Assembly (NCBI GenBank): GCA_033763375.1
Contig: JANRKR010000056.1
Coordinates: forward strand, 1-46,777
Source of the DNA: Rickettsiales bacterium
Lineage (GTDB): Bacteria > Pseudomonadota > Alphaproteobacteria > Rickettsiales > UBA1997
Direction: 5' to 3'
Length of the DNA: 46,777 nucleotides
The translations under genes and the position numbers were made by a program. The notes under the pieces are model-generated. The model was not told the DNA's origin, did no database searches, and saw only the letters and a list, made by a program, of their open reading frames with translations. Shown here one piece after another: positions 21,683 to 30,935 of the stretch (position 1 is its first letter; each line of letters opens with the position of its first letter).

Positions 21683-21724
21683 TTGTCTTTTGCTAAAAGA
21701 ATTTTTTCTCAAAGCAAAAGACAA
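21683..21724. terminator. Probable terminator hairpin between convergent genes
   Basis: Perfect 12-bp IR TTGTCTTTTGCT (21683-21694) / AGCAAAAGACAA (21713-21724). Confidence 0.5.
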
Positions 21725-21797
21725 AGTTTTGTGTGGAATTTTGATTTGAATCTAAACTGATTAGGTTTGAAAACAGACTCTAAATTTATCTGCAGCT

Positions 21798-22472
21798 TTA
21801 TTTAATCAATCCATCTTTTATTGAAACAATTCGATTAGCTCTTTTTGCTAATTCTAAATTGTGAGTAACCATCAAGCAGCCAATTTTGTAGGTCTTAACT
21901 AAATTTTGTAAAATCTCAAAAATTTTTTCAGAAATTGTTGAATCCAAATTTCCTGTTGGCTCATCAGCTAAAATTATCGAAGGCTGCGAAACCACGGCGC
22001 GCGCAATTGCAACGCGTTGTTGTTGTCCACCTGAAAGTTGTGCTGGTTGATAATTGAAGCGATCTTCTAAGCCAACTTCGGTAAGAATTTTTTTTGCCAA
22101 ATCAATCGCTTGTTGTTGTTTTTTTCCCTGAATTAAAAGTGGCAAAGTAACATTTTCTAGAGCAGAAAATTCCGGCAATAAATGATGAAATTGATAAATA
22201 AAACCAATATGATTTTTACGTAAAGCGGTGCGTGTGAAATCGTCAGCTTTTGTGGCGTCAATATTATCAATGAAAATTTGTCCCGAAGTTGAAGAATCAA
22301 GCAATCCGGCAATTTGTAACAAAGTTGTTTTGCCTGATCCTGAAGGTCCGATTAGCGCAACTAATTCGCCTTTTTTTATTTCAAGATTGGCATTTTTAAT
22401 AACCTCGATTGTTTGTCCGGCTTGCAAGAAATTTTTGGTAACTGCAATAAGTTTAAGAGCGTAATCAGACAT
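21798..22472 (-). CDS. lolD: Lipoprotein-releasing system ABC ATP-binding protein (LolD-like)
   Basis: [55 protein letters not shown]; TAATG overlap with the CarD stop. Confidence 0.85.
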   Translation of the reverse strand: MSDYALKLIAVTKNFLQAGQTIEVIKNANLEIKKGELVALIGPSGSGKTTLLQIAGLLDSSTSGQIFIDNIDATKADDFTRTALRKNHIGFIYQFHHLLPEFSALENVTLPLLIQGKKQQQAIDLAKKILTEVGLEDRFNYQPAQLSGGQQQRVAIARAVVSQPSIILADEPTGNLDSTISEKIFEILQNLVKTYKIGCLMVTHNLELAKRANRIVSIKDGLIK

Positions 22473-23716
22473 TATTTTTTTCTCTTTTTCTTTCTTGGTT
22501 TATCATCGTCATCTTCATCTTCGTCGTCGTCAGCGCTGACTCCGCCATAATCAAAATCGTCTTCCTCTTCTTCCTCGTCATTTTCTTCTTCCTCTTCTTC
22601 TTCGTCACCTAAATTTTTAGAGTCATAATCAAATTCATCAAACTCATCTTTTTGATTAACTTTGCCCTCAACACCAAGCTTGTCTTTGGCGGTTATGATA
22701 ATTTTTTCTTTAGCTTCTTCAAAGTCTATTGCATAAATCACCGAATATTCTGCTGCCAGACGATGAACGGCAGTTTCGTAAATGATGCGTTCAGAATATG
22801 AGCGATCGCCATCTTCAATATCACGAGTCAAATCGCGTAGAACCTCTGCCAAAAGCATAATGTCGCCAGAATTGATTTTGGTTTCATATTCCTGAGCGCG
22901 ACGACTCCACATGCCTTTTAATTTTTTTACGCCGCTGCGTAAAGTTGTAAAAACTTCGTCCATTTGTGATTTTGAAACTAAATGGCGTAAGCCAATTTTT
23001 TCTGAGCTATTAACCGGAATTTTAATAGTTAGTTTTTCTTTTTCGAAATACATCAGATAGCAACTGTAATCTTGACCAAGTACTAGCATTTTTTCAATTT
23101 CAACAATTTTACCAACGCCATGCGAAGGATAAACCGCGTAATCGCCAGCCTTGAAAGTTACGCGATGGCGAGATTCCGGAAGTTTTTTGACGATAATTAA
23201 GTTTTTTTGTGCTTCGCTTTTTTTCTCAGGAGCTTTGTCAATTTCCTTTTCTTTATTTTTATTTTCGCTGCTATTTTTTGCTTTGGCGATAATTTTTGCG
23301 GAAGTTTTAACTTCAGCTGATTTTGCTTTGAGTTTGCTGTCTTTTTCTATTGATTTGCCAGCAATTTTTTTTGAGGGTTTTTCGGTTATTTTTTTGACTG
23401 AAGTTTTTTTAACTGCCAAATCTTTTTTAGCTGCTAAAGGTTTTTTAATTGCCAAAGGTTTTTTCACTGGTTTTGCGATAATTTTTTGCGCAACCTTCTT
23501 TTTTTTAGAAGCCTTAGCTAGATTATTTATTTTTTTTGCTGGCAATTTTTTGGACGCAGTATTTTTATTTTTTGGCGCTGCTTTTTTATCAATTTTTTTA
23601 ATTGATTTGTTATTTTTTTTAACTTTCACGCTATCTTTTTTAGATGCTTTAGTAATTGATTTTGCTGATTTGTTTTTCATTGGCTGGTTTTTTGCTTTCG
23701 CTTTTTTTGTAGGCAT
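22472..23716 (-). CDS. carD: CarD/CdnL-family RNA polymerase-binding regulator with a long Lys/Ala-rich N-terminal extension and an acidic C-terminal tail
   Basis: FKAGDYAVYPSHGVGKI, IGLRHL, WSRRAQEYETKINSGD, AEVLRDL, SYSERIIYE form the CarD core; about 185 aa of K/A/S-rich N-terminus; D/E tract ending in KPRKKKRKK. Confidence 0.88.
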   Translation of the reverse strand: MPTKKAKAKNQPMKNKSAKSITKASKKDSVKVKKNNKSIKKIDKKAAPKNKNTASKKLPAKKINNLAKASKKKKVAQKIIAKPVKKPLAIKKPLAAKKDLAVKKTSVKKITEKPSKKIAGKSIEKDSKLKAKSAEVKTSAKIIAKAKNSSENKNKEKEIDKAPEKKSEAQKNLIIVKKLPESRHRVTFKAGDYAVYPSHGVGKIVEIEKMLVLGQDYSCYLMYFEKEKLTIKIPVNSSEKIGLRHLVSKSQMDEVFTTLRSGVKKLKGMWSRRAQEYETKINSGDIMLLAEVLRDLTRDIEDGDRSYSERIIYETAVHRLAAEYSVIYAIDFEEAKEKIIITAKDKLGVEGKVNQKDEFDEFDYDSKNLGDEEEEEEENDEEEEEDDFDYGGVSADDDEDEDDDDKPRKKKRKK

Positions 23717-23908
23717 AACCTAATAATTAAAATTTAAGTTGATTTACGCGACAGTGTCATAAAAATATTAATTTAATAATGCATAAAAAAATCAAAGCTA
23801 AAGTAATTAAATTAAAAAAATATTCTAATTTAAAAAAGTGCCAATTAGAGTTGCAAGATCGTTTTCCAAAGACAAGAGCCTTATTAAATATTTCAAAGTC
23901 ATTGTTGA

Positions 23909-23923
23909 TTAAGCGCTAATTAA
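23909..23923. promoter_or_regulatory. Possible CtrA-binding box
   Basis: TTAA-GCGCTAA-TTAA (TTAA-N7-TTAA), 45 bp upstream of the M23 peptidase start; could occur by chance in AT-rich DNA. Confidence 0.3.
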
Positions 23924-23968
23924 GCTTTTATAAACAAGGCTCTCTATAAAATTCCAAAATCTTTAATC

Positions 23969-25375
23969 TTGAAAAATTTAATCGAGAAACTCAGAAAAAT
24001 TGACAAGTTAGCTTTGTGTAATTTTTTTGATTTCACCATTGAACATAAACTGTTTAAGCCAATTGTAATTTTAATTTTGGTCAGCTTCGTTTTGATAACT
24101 GGCTTTGACTATGTGCAAAATGTGATTGATGATTATCGTGATTATTCACTGCGCAAGAGTCAAAGCACGCCAATTAAAATTAACATTTCAACTTCGGCAA
24201 TCAACTTTGATCTTGATGAAGAGCAGATTTTAGATCATACCGTGAAGCAGGGCGATACTATAACAAAAATTTTATTCGATTTAGGTGTACCAGAAAATGA
24301 TGTTTTTGCTATTTTAGGCGCGATGAAAAAAGTTTTTAATCCAAAAGATATTATTAAGGGCAATCAGATCAGCATAAAATATAAAGTAAAAATTGGTTAT
24401 AATGGTCAGGATAAAATAAATAATGCTGCTGATAAAGTTTTTGGCAAAACCGTAATTGTTAACAATCTTTCTCTAAGTTCAACGCCGGAGCAAGAAATTG
24501 TTGTTACGCGTAAAAATGATGGCAATTACGATGCTCGCGAAATTAAAGTTAATCTGCAGCGTTATGTTTCAAGATATTATGGCACTCTAAAAAACGGTTT
24601 TTATTTAGATGGTGTTGAAGCGGGAATTTCTCCAACTGCCATGATGAATATGATTCAACTTTACAGTTATGATATTGACTTCCAGCGCGATATTCACAAT
24701 GGCGACAAGTTTGAAATGTTGGTTGAAAGTTTTTACAACGAAGATGGTAAAAAAATTAAAGACGGCAATGTTTTATTCTCGTCACTGACTTTGCAAAAAA
24801 ATCGCTCCATCAATTTTTATTTACACAAAATTGACGGCAAAATTGAATATTTTGATGAAAAAGGTAACAGCGTCAGAAAATCTTTACTTAGAACTCCAAT
24901 AAACGGCGCGCGCGTTTCTTCTGGTTTTGGCATGAGACGTCATCCAATTTTGGGATATTCAAAAATGCACAAAGGAATTGATTTCGCTGCGATGCAAGGC
25001 ACACCAATTTTAGCGGCTGGAAGTGGTGTTATTACTTACTTTGCGCCCAAAGGTGGTTACGGTAATTTTGTCCAGATTAAACATAATTCTGATTATTCGA
25101 CTGCTTACGGACATGCCAGCAGATACGCTGCCAGATTACATGTTGGGTCAAAAGTAAAACAAGGTCAGGTAGTTGCGTATGTTGGCAGCACTGGAAGATC
25201 AACTGGTCCGCATTTACATTTTGAAATAATTTATAAAGGTCAGCAAATCAATCCGGCAAAAGTTAAAGCAACTTCTGGCTTGAAACTTGTTGGCAAAGAG
25301 TTGATGCGCTTTGAAGCTGATAAAGCCGAAATCAATAAATATCGCCAAAATATTCCCAATCAAATCAAGCGCTGA
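23969..25375 (+). CDS. M23-family peptidoglycan DD-endopeptidase (MepM-like) with an N-terminal membrane anchor
   Basis: SSGFGMRRHPILG, MHKGIDFAA (HxxxD), YGHAS, GSTGRSTGPHLHFE; HTVKQGDT LysM/OapA-like segment. Confidence 0.92.
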   Translation: MKNLIEKLRKIDKLALCNFFDFTIEHKLFKPIVILILVSFVLITGFDYVQNVIDDYRDYSLRKSQSTPIKINISTSAINFDLDEEQILDHTVKQGDTITKILFDLGVPENDVFAILGAMKKVFNPKDIIKGNQISIKYKVKIGYNGQDKINNAADKVFGKTVIVNNLSLSSTPEQEIVVTRKNDGNYDAREIKVNLQRYVSRYYGTLKNGFYLDGVEAGISPTAMMNMIQLYSYDIDFQRDIHNGDKFEMLVESFYNEDGKKIKDGNVLFSSLTLQKNRSINFYLHKIDGKIEYFDEKGNSVRKSLLRTPINGARVSSGFGMRRHPILGYSKMHKGIDFAAMQGTPILAAGSGVITYFAPKGGYGNFVQIKHNSDYSTAYGHASRYAARLHVGSKVKQGQVVAYVGSTGRSTGPHLHFEIIYKGQQINPAKVKATSGLKLVGKELMRFEADKAEINKYRQNIPNQIKR

Positions 25376-26463
25376 TGAAAATCGTTAATATTCTTTTTAA
25401 TCACAAAAAATCCAAAAGTGATAATCATATTTTGGGTGTTGAACGCTGCTTTATTGATTATGCCAAATATTTGATTTTGCAGGGTCATCAACTGCTTTCA
25501 ATAACCAAAAATAAAATGGTTTTTAAAGATGATGTTAAAAAAACCGGTTCAAAATTTTTGGAAGTTGCTGCTTTTGGTCAAGGCGATATCTGGTCAATTT
25601 TAATTATCGCTTTTGCTTTTATTAAATTTGCTCCTGATGTTGCAATTTGTCATTCAGGAAGAGCGATGTTTTTCGCTCGTTTAGCGCGTATTTTATCTTT
25701 TAGAAAATTTCCAATTGTGGCAATTGATCACGGCATCAATCCCAAAAAATTTTTAAAAGCCGATTATGTTTTAACGGTCAATTCCTATTTCAGCAAAGAA
25801 TTAATAAAAGCTGGCAAAGCACCGGAAACTGCTTTGGTAATTCCAAATATGATGGAAGTTCCAAAAAATTTTGTGCCTTTGGTTAAACCGCCATTTCGTC
25901 ACCCAATTAAAATTGGTTCTTTAGGACGACTTTATCCAGAAAAATATTTTGATAAAATGATACGCGCTTTGGCAATTTTGCGCGATTGGGGAATTGCCTG
26001 TGAATATGTTATTGGTGGCGTTGGTCATCAGGAAAATTATCTGAATAATCTGGCGCAAGAATTAGGTGTTGAAAAAAACTTTAAAATTTTGGGCTGGGTT
26101 TCTGATAAAAAAACTTTTTTTGAAAATATTGATATTTTTATTTTACCTTCTTTTGGTGAAACTTTTGGCATAGTTTTGTTGGAAGCAATGCTTTATAAAA
26201 CTCCAATCATTACCAGTAATAGTTGGGGTCCTGACGAAATAATCACCGACAAAATTAACGGTTTAAAAGTGCCAAGAGAAGATGAAGAAAAAATGCCGCA
26301 GTTAATTGCGCAGGCAATTAAAACTCTAATTGACGATCAGGATTTCGCCAAAAAGCTTGCCGAAAATGCCTATGAAACTTTCTTTAAAAATTATAGTTGT
26401 GAAATGGTGGGTAAAAAATTAAGTGACATTTTACAAAATATTGTCGCGCAGAAGCATCGCTAA
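25375..26463 (+). CDS. GT4-family glycosyltransferase
   Basis: GVER, IGSLGRLYPEK, DIFILPSFGETFGIVLLEAM (EX7E), TPIITS. Confidence 0.88.
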   Translation: MKIVNILFNHKKSKSDNHILGVERCFIDYAKYLILQGHQLLSITKNKMVFKDDVKKTGSKFLEVAAFGQGDIWSILIIAFAFIKFAPDVAICHSGRAMFFARLARILSFRKFPIVAIDHGINPKKFLKADYVLTVNSYFSKELIKAGKAPETALVIPNMMEVPKNFVPLVKPPFRHPIKIGSLGRLYPEKYFDKMIRALAILRDWGIACEYVIGGVGHQENYLNNLAQELGVEKNFKILGWVSDKKTFFENIDIFILPSFGETFGIVLLEAMLYKTPIITSNSWGPDEIITDKINGLKVPREDEEKMPQLIAQAIKTLIDDQDFAKKLAENAYETFFKNYSCEMVGKKLSDILQNIVAQKHR

Positions 26464-26469
26464 AAAAAT

Positions 26470-27432
26470 TTACCATCTTAAAATAATAGAGCCCCAAACC
26501 AATCCTCCGCCCAAGGCTTCCAAGACAATAACATCGCCTTCTTTGAAACGATTTTGTGAATTTGCTAAATCAAGCGCCAGCGGAATTGACGCTGCAGAAG
26601 TATTAGCGTGATCTTCGACAGTTAGAATTATTTTTTCTGGCGGCAGTTCTAAGCGATTAGCTACGGCGTTTAAGATTCTTACATTGGCTTGGTGAGGCAC
26701 TAAAAAATCAATATCTTTGATAGTTAAATTAGCTTTTTTAAGAGCGCTTAAAACCGATTTCGACATTTTATCAACCGCATGTTTAAAAACTTCTTTGCCC
26801 GACATTTCGATAAAGCCGGATGTTTGACTTGAGCTAATTCCACCAGAAGTTTTGAGAATTTCGTTTAAAGAACCATCCGAGTTTAAATTAGAACAAATAA
26901 TACCGTGATTTTTTTTAGAATTTGCTTGCAAAATGACGGCGCCAGCGCCATCGCCAAAAAGCACGCAAGTATTTCGATCTTGCCAATCAACAATACGCGA
27001 TAAAGTTTCGGCACCAATTACCAAAGCATTTTTAACTTGTCCTTGCTTAATAAAATTATCAGCAATCGCCATAGCATAAACAAAACCGCAACAAACTGCT
27101 TGAACATCAAAAGCAAAAGCAGATTTAGCGCCAATTTTAGCTTGAATCGTAGTGGCAGTTGCTGGAAAGGTTAAGTCTGGAGTTGTGGTTGCCAAGATAA
27201 TCATGTCGATTTCTTCCGCTTGCAGATTAGCATTGATTAATGCTTTGTTGGCTGCTTGGCAGGCAAGATCAGAAGTTAATTGATTGGCGCTAGCAATATG
27301 TCTTTTTTTAATTCCGGTGCGTTCAACAATCCAAGAGTCAGTGGTATCAACAGTTTTTTCCAAATCAAAGTTGGTTAAAAATTTTTCTGGTAGATAAGAG
27401 CCGGTGGCAATTATTTTGCTGTTAATTTCCAT
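26470..27432 (-). CDS. fabH: 3-oxoacyl-ACP synthase III
   Basis: TGSYLPE, RTGIKKRH, DVQAVCCGF, LFGDGAGA, PHQANVRI, NTSAASIPLAL. Confidence 0.97.
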   Translation of the reverse strand: MEINSKIIATGSYLPEKFLTNFDLEKTVDTTDSWIVERTGIKKRHIASANQLTSDLACQAANKALINANLQAEEIDMIILATTTPDLTFPATATTIQAKIGAKSAFAFDVQAVCCGFVYAMAIADNFIKQGQVKNALVIGAETLSRIVDWQDRNTCVLFGDGAGAVILQANSKKNHGIICSNLNSDGSLNEILKTSGGISSSQTSGFIEMSGKEVFKHAVDKMSKSVLSALKKANLTIKDIDFLVPHQANVRILNAVANRLELPPEKIILTVEDHANTSAASIPLALDLANSQNRFKEGDVIVLEALGGGLVWGSIILRW

Positions 27433-27443
27433 AATTAGATTTT

Positions 27444-28490
27444 TTATGAATCGTTAAAAGCGGCTTGAGTATCGTCTGACGAGACTTTTAATTCTTCAGT
27501 GATGCGTTCATTAATTCTATTTTCAACCAGTGAAATAGCAACTTTGATTGCGTTAGAAAATCCAAGCCCGTCAGTGCTGCCGTGACTTTTTACTACAACG
27601 CCGTTTAGTCCAATTAACATTGCGCCATTATGCAAACGTGGATCAATATTTTTAATGGCATTGCGAATTGGCGATCTGGCGAATAAATAGCCAATTTTAC
27701 CGAGCAAAGAATTATTAAATCCTTCTTTGACAATAGAGACAATTAGTTTGGCGGTTCCTTCAATTGCTTTTAGAGTAATATTGCCAGAAAAGCCATCAGT
27801 CACAACTACGTTTACCGTGCCTTTTATAATGTCGTCGCCTTCAACATAGCCATAAAAGCAATCTTTAACTTTGCTTTCTTTTAGTAATTGTGCGGCATTT
27901 TTTACCGCATCTGAACCTTTTAAATCTTCTGAGCCAACATTTAAAATTCCAATTGAAGGTTTTTCAACTTTCAAAACAACGCGGGCAAAAGCATGTCCCA
28001 TGATTGCGAATTGATAAAGCACGTCAGAAGGACATTCAACATTTGCACCCATATCAAGCAAAACTGTGCCAGTCTTTTTTTGATTAGGAATAGAAGTGAC
28101 AATTGCCGGACGATCAATTGAAGGAAGAGGTCGTAATACAATTTTGGCAATTGTCATCAAAGCGCCGGTATTGCCGGCAGAAATTGCTACATCAGCTTTG
28201 CCATCTTTAACAGCATCAATTGCCAAGCGCATACTTGAATTAGTGCCTTTACGCAAAGCAACGGATGGTTTTTCTTCAGCAGAAATAAATTCTTCGGTGT
28301 GAATAAGAGTATGAACAGAGTTAAGCTGATGAAGCTTACTCAAAAAAGGATTAATTTTTTTGGCGTTACCAAAAAGTAAGAAATGAACGTTGGGATTTGT
28401 TTTGGCAATGATTTGCGCTCCTTCCAGAACTGATCTTGGAGCATTGTCGCCACCCATACAATCTAATGCTATAGTGTATTTTTTAAACAT
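27444..28490 (-). CDS. plsX: Phosphate acyltransferase PlsX
   Basis: IALDCMGGDNAP, SAGNTGALM, IDRPAI, LDMGAN, VVTDGFSGN, KSHG. Confidence 0.97.
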   Translation of the reverse strand: MFKKYTIALDCMGGDNAPRSVLEGAQIIAKTNPNVHFLLFGNAKKINPFLSKLHQLNSVHTLIHTEEFISAEEKPSVALRKGTNSSMRLAIDAVKDGKADVAISAGNTGALMTIAKIVLRPLPSIDRPAIVTSIPNQKKTGTVLLDMGANVECPSDVLYQFAIMGHAFARVVLKVEKPSIGILNVGSEDLKGSDAVKNAAQLLKESKVKDCFYGYVEGDDIIKGTVNVVVTDGFSGNITLKAIEGTAKLIVSIVKEGFNNSLLGKIGYLFARSPIRNAIKNIDPRLHNGAMLIGLNGVVVKSHGSTDGLGFSNAIKVAISLVENRINERITEELKVSSDDTQAAFNDS

Positions 28491-28510
28491 TAGAAAATGA
28501 GGTTAATTTG

Positions 28511-28717
28511 TTATTCTTCTGTAGCGATCTTTTTTTCTTTCTTCTTCAAGATTTGTTTGCCGTTATAATAGCCATCAAGAGAAATGTGATGAGGAAGTTT
28601 AAATTCGCCAGTTGTTTTATCGGTTATAACATTGGCAATTTCTAAAGAATAAGAACCGTTGCTGCCTCTTCTCATGTTGCGTCTTGATTTTGATTTTTTT
28701 CTTTTAGGAACTGCCAT
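28511..28717 (-). CDS. rpmF: 50S ribosomal protein L32
   Basis: [17 protein letters not shown]...GEFKLPHHI...GYYNG; upstream of plsX-fabH. Confidence 0.96.
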   Translation of the reverse strand: MAVPKRKKSKSRRNMRRGSNGSYSLEIANVITDKTTGEFKLPHHISLDGYYNGKQILKKKEKKIATEE

Positions 28718-28940
28718 AAGTTAATTATCTTAAAGTTTATTGAATTCAGTTTATTAAAAAAACTGTTAGCGAATTATTTTTTTTGCGAAGATATTTTAAG
28801 AAACTGTCGCGAAATCAAAAATTATAGAAAATTTCTGATTTTATAAAGATCTGATTTACAGAAATCTAATTAAAAATTGTTACCTGAAGCAAGCGCAATT
28901 TATAAGTGGGCTTGAATATAGATAAGCGCTTTCATAAAAT

Positions 28941-28970
28941 CAAAGAAAATTTAAGCAAAGAAAATTTAAG
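28941..28970. repeat. Perfect 15-bp tandem direct repeat in the rpmF/bamE divergent spacer
   Basis: CAAAGAAAATTTAAG at 28941-28955 and 28956-28970. Confidence 0.7.
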
Positions 28971-29098
28971 ATCGTTGCTTAAGCTTTATTTTTATAATTA
29001 AGTTTCTTGATTATTTTTCTGCAGCTCAATTTACAAAAGCCTTAGTTTTATTTGAAAAACACAAATATTTTATAAAAACAAATACTAAAAACAAAGGG

Positions 29099-29530
29099 AT
29101 GAAAATTTTTTTTTACAGCTTTTTTTTAATTTTGATTTTGTCTTCTTGTATAAGAAACACCGAGCGCAATGGCTATTTATTTGATTTATCTGATTATCAG
29201 CTTTTACAAGAAGGCATAACCAGCAAAGAAAGAGTTTTGAAAATTATGGGTTCTCCTACAATTATTTCTAATTTAGATGTTGATGAAACTTGGATTTATT
29301 ATGCGGAAAGCATTGATCATATTTTATTTTTCTTGCCCAAAATTAATGACAGAAAAATTATAGCTTTAAAATTTGATGCCGATCAAACAGTTAGAAGTAT
29401 TGAAAATATTGATTTAACGCATGAAAATCAAAAAATGCATTTTGTCAGTAATTACACCGAAGTTAGCAGCAATAAAATTGGATTCTTTAAATCACTTTTC
29501 AGCAATGTTGGACAAGTTAAAGCACAATAA
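29099..29530 (+). CDS. bamE: Outer membrane protein assembly lipoprotein BamE (SmpA/OmlA)
   Basis: Lipobox LSSC; NGY; GITSKERVLKIMGSPT; TWIY; ALKFD. Confidence 0.85.
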   Translation: MKIFFYSFFLILILSSCIRNTERNGYLFDLSDYQLLQEGITSKERVLKIMGSPTIISNLDVDETWIYYAESIDHILFFLPKINDRKIIALKFDADQTVRSIENIDLTHENQKMHFVSNYTEVSSNKIGFFKSLFSNVGQVKAQ

Positions 29531-29852
29531 AATTTTTCTCTTTTTAATTTTAACAGCTTTTTTTAGCTGTCATTTTAAGCCAAAAGTTCCAGATTTTAAC
29601 ACTGAAATTGTTTGTCCAAATGGTTCAGTAACTCTAGTCAAATTCATCCGCGCCAAAGATTTAAGAAAAGCAATTTTAATTTCTTATCAAAATAAAAAGT
29701 TACAAAAAACCTCAGAATATTATACGCCGATTCGTTTAGAAGATGGTCGTTCTTTTGCGCTTAGAAATGTTAGTCCGGAAGTTGCTTCAACCTGCGATTT
29801 GGTTGAAAGCAAAGTTGGCGAAGTTGACGCAACCTATGTGCATCACTTTTAA
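29505..29852 (+). CDS. Hypothetical protein, possible lipoprotein
   Basis: ATG at 29505 gives a basic N-terminus, hydrophobic IFLFLILTAFF and SC; overlaps the bamE 3' end. Confidence 0.6.
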   Translation: MLDKLKHNKIFLFLILTAFFSCHFKPKVPDFNTEIVCPNGSVTLVKFIRAKDLRKAILISYQNKKLQKTSEYYTPIRLEDGRSFALRNVSPEVASTCDLVESKVGEVDATYVHHF

Positions 29853-29870
29853 AACCAGATTGATCTTTTA

Positions 29871-30734
29871 TTAAATCAAGCGCCAAGCTGATTGATCTTT
29901 GAATAATTCGTGAAGAATTTTATTGTTGATAGTATGACCGGTTTTTACGCCAGTGAATTGACCAGCAATGTAGTAGCCGGCAAGATAAATATCGCCGATA
30001 AAATCAAGAGTTTTATGACGAACTAATTCATCTTCATAGCGCCAGCCTTCTTCATTAACAATTCCATCTTCGCCAATCAAAATAGCGTTTTTCATCGATC
30101 CGCCTTTAGCTAAACCCATTTTGTATAATTGTTCAATTTCATGTTTAAAACCAAAGGTGCGGGCGCGACATAAATCATTTTTGAATGATGCAAAAGTAGT
30201 TTTATAATCGAAACTCTGCTTTTTTATATGTTTGTGATCAAAGTCGATATGAAGAGTAATTGAAAAATCAATTGCCGGTTTTACCTCAATTGATTTGCCG
30301 TCATCTTCTTCAACTTTAACAGTTTTCAATACTTCAATAATATGGCGAGTTTTTTCTTGAATATTGATACCGGCGCATTCAATCAGAAATACAAAAGGTT
30401 CAGAACTGCCGTCCATAATTGGCACTTCAGCGCCATCAATATCAATAAATAAATTATCGATACCACAACCCCAAATTGCCGCCATTAAATGTTCGATAGT
30501 GGAAACTTTAGTGCCAAATTCATTAGCCAAAGTTGTGCCCAAGTTGGTGGTAACAACATTTTTGTAATTAGCTTTAATCAAAGATTTCTCTGGCGCAACG
30601 TCGGTTCTACGAAAAACAATGCCGTTATCTTGCGGCGCTGGAATTAAAGTTATAGTAGCGTCATGACCAGAGTGCAAGCCAACGCCGGTGCAGCTTATTT
30701 TGCTATTAATAGTTTTTTGAGAAGAGATGAACAT
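29871..30734 (-). CDS. lpxC: UDP-3-O-acyl-N-acetylglucosamine deacetylase
   Basis: GVGLHSG, STIEHLMAA, EVPIMDGSS, ARTFGF, RHKTLDFIGD, GH. Confidence 0.97.
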   Translation of the reverse strand: MFISSQKTINSKISCTGVGLHSGHDATITLIPAPQDNGIVFRRTDVAPEKSLIKANYKNVVTTNLGTTLANEFGTKVSTIEHLMAAIWGCGIDNLFIDIDGAEVPIMDGSSEPFVFLIECAGINIQEKTRHIIEVLKTVKVEEDDGKSIEVKPAIDFSITLHIDFDHKHIKKQSFDYKTTFASFKNDLCRARTFGFKHEIEQLYKMGLAKGGSMKNAILIGEDGIVNEEGWRYEDELVRHKTLDFIGDIYLAGYYIAGQFTGVKTGHTINNKILHELFKDQSAWRLI

Positions 30735-30788
30735 AAAATTATAGAAATTATGAAACTAATTAGGTTTGCAAACGGGTTATAACATTAT

Positions 30789-30930
30789 GGCGCTGTCGCA
30801 AATCCTATCTTTTGCTGTAAATTTTGTTGTTGATTCATTTTTTTGCTCCTCATGGATGTCTATATCCACTGCGTCGCCAAAAAATGAATCGCCTAAAAAT
30901 TTTTTGCAAAAGCGGATTTGCGACAGCGCC
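30789..30930. mobile_element. 142-bp MITE / RPE-like palindromic element with a 5-bp target duplication
   Basis: Perfect 17-bp terminal IR GGCGCTGTCGCAAATCC/GGATTTGCGACAGCGCC, further pairing CTTTTGC/GCAAAAG and GATTCATTTTTT/AAAAAATGAATC, central TGGAT...ATCCA stem; flanked by ATTAT on both sides (30784-30788, 30931-30935). Confidence 0.8.
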
Positions 30931-30935
30931 ATTAT

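Noticed and set aside
23151-23723. 190-aa hydrophobic ORF antisense to carD
   Set aside because: Its F/L richness mirrors the Lys-rich AAA codons on the other strand; shadow ORF.
28511-28717. Cys-free L32 as a zinc-starvation paralogue
   Set aside because: It occupies the canonical rpmF-plsX-fabH locus, and Cys-free L32 is normal in many proteobacteria.
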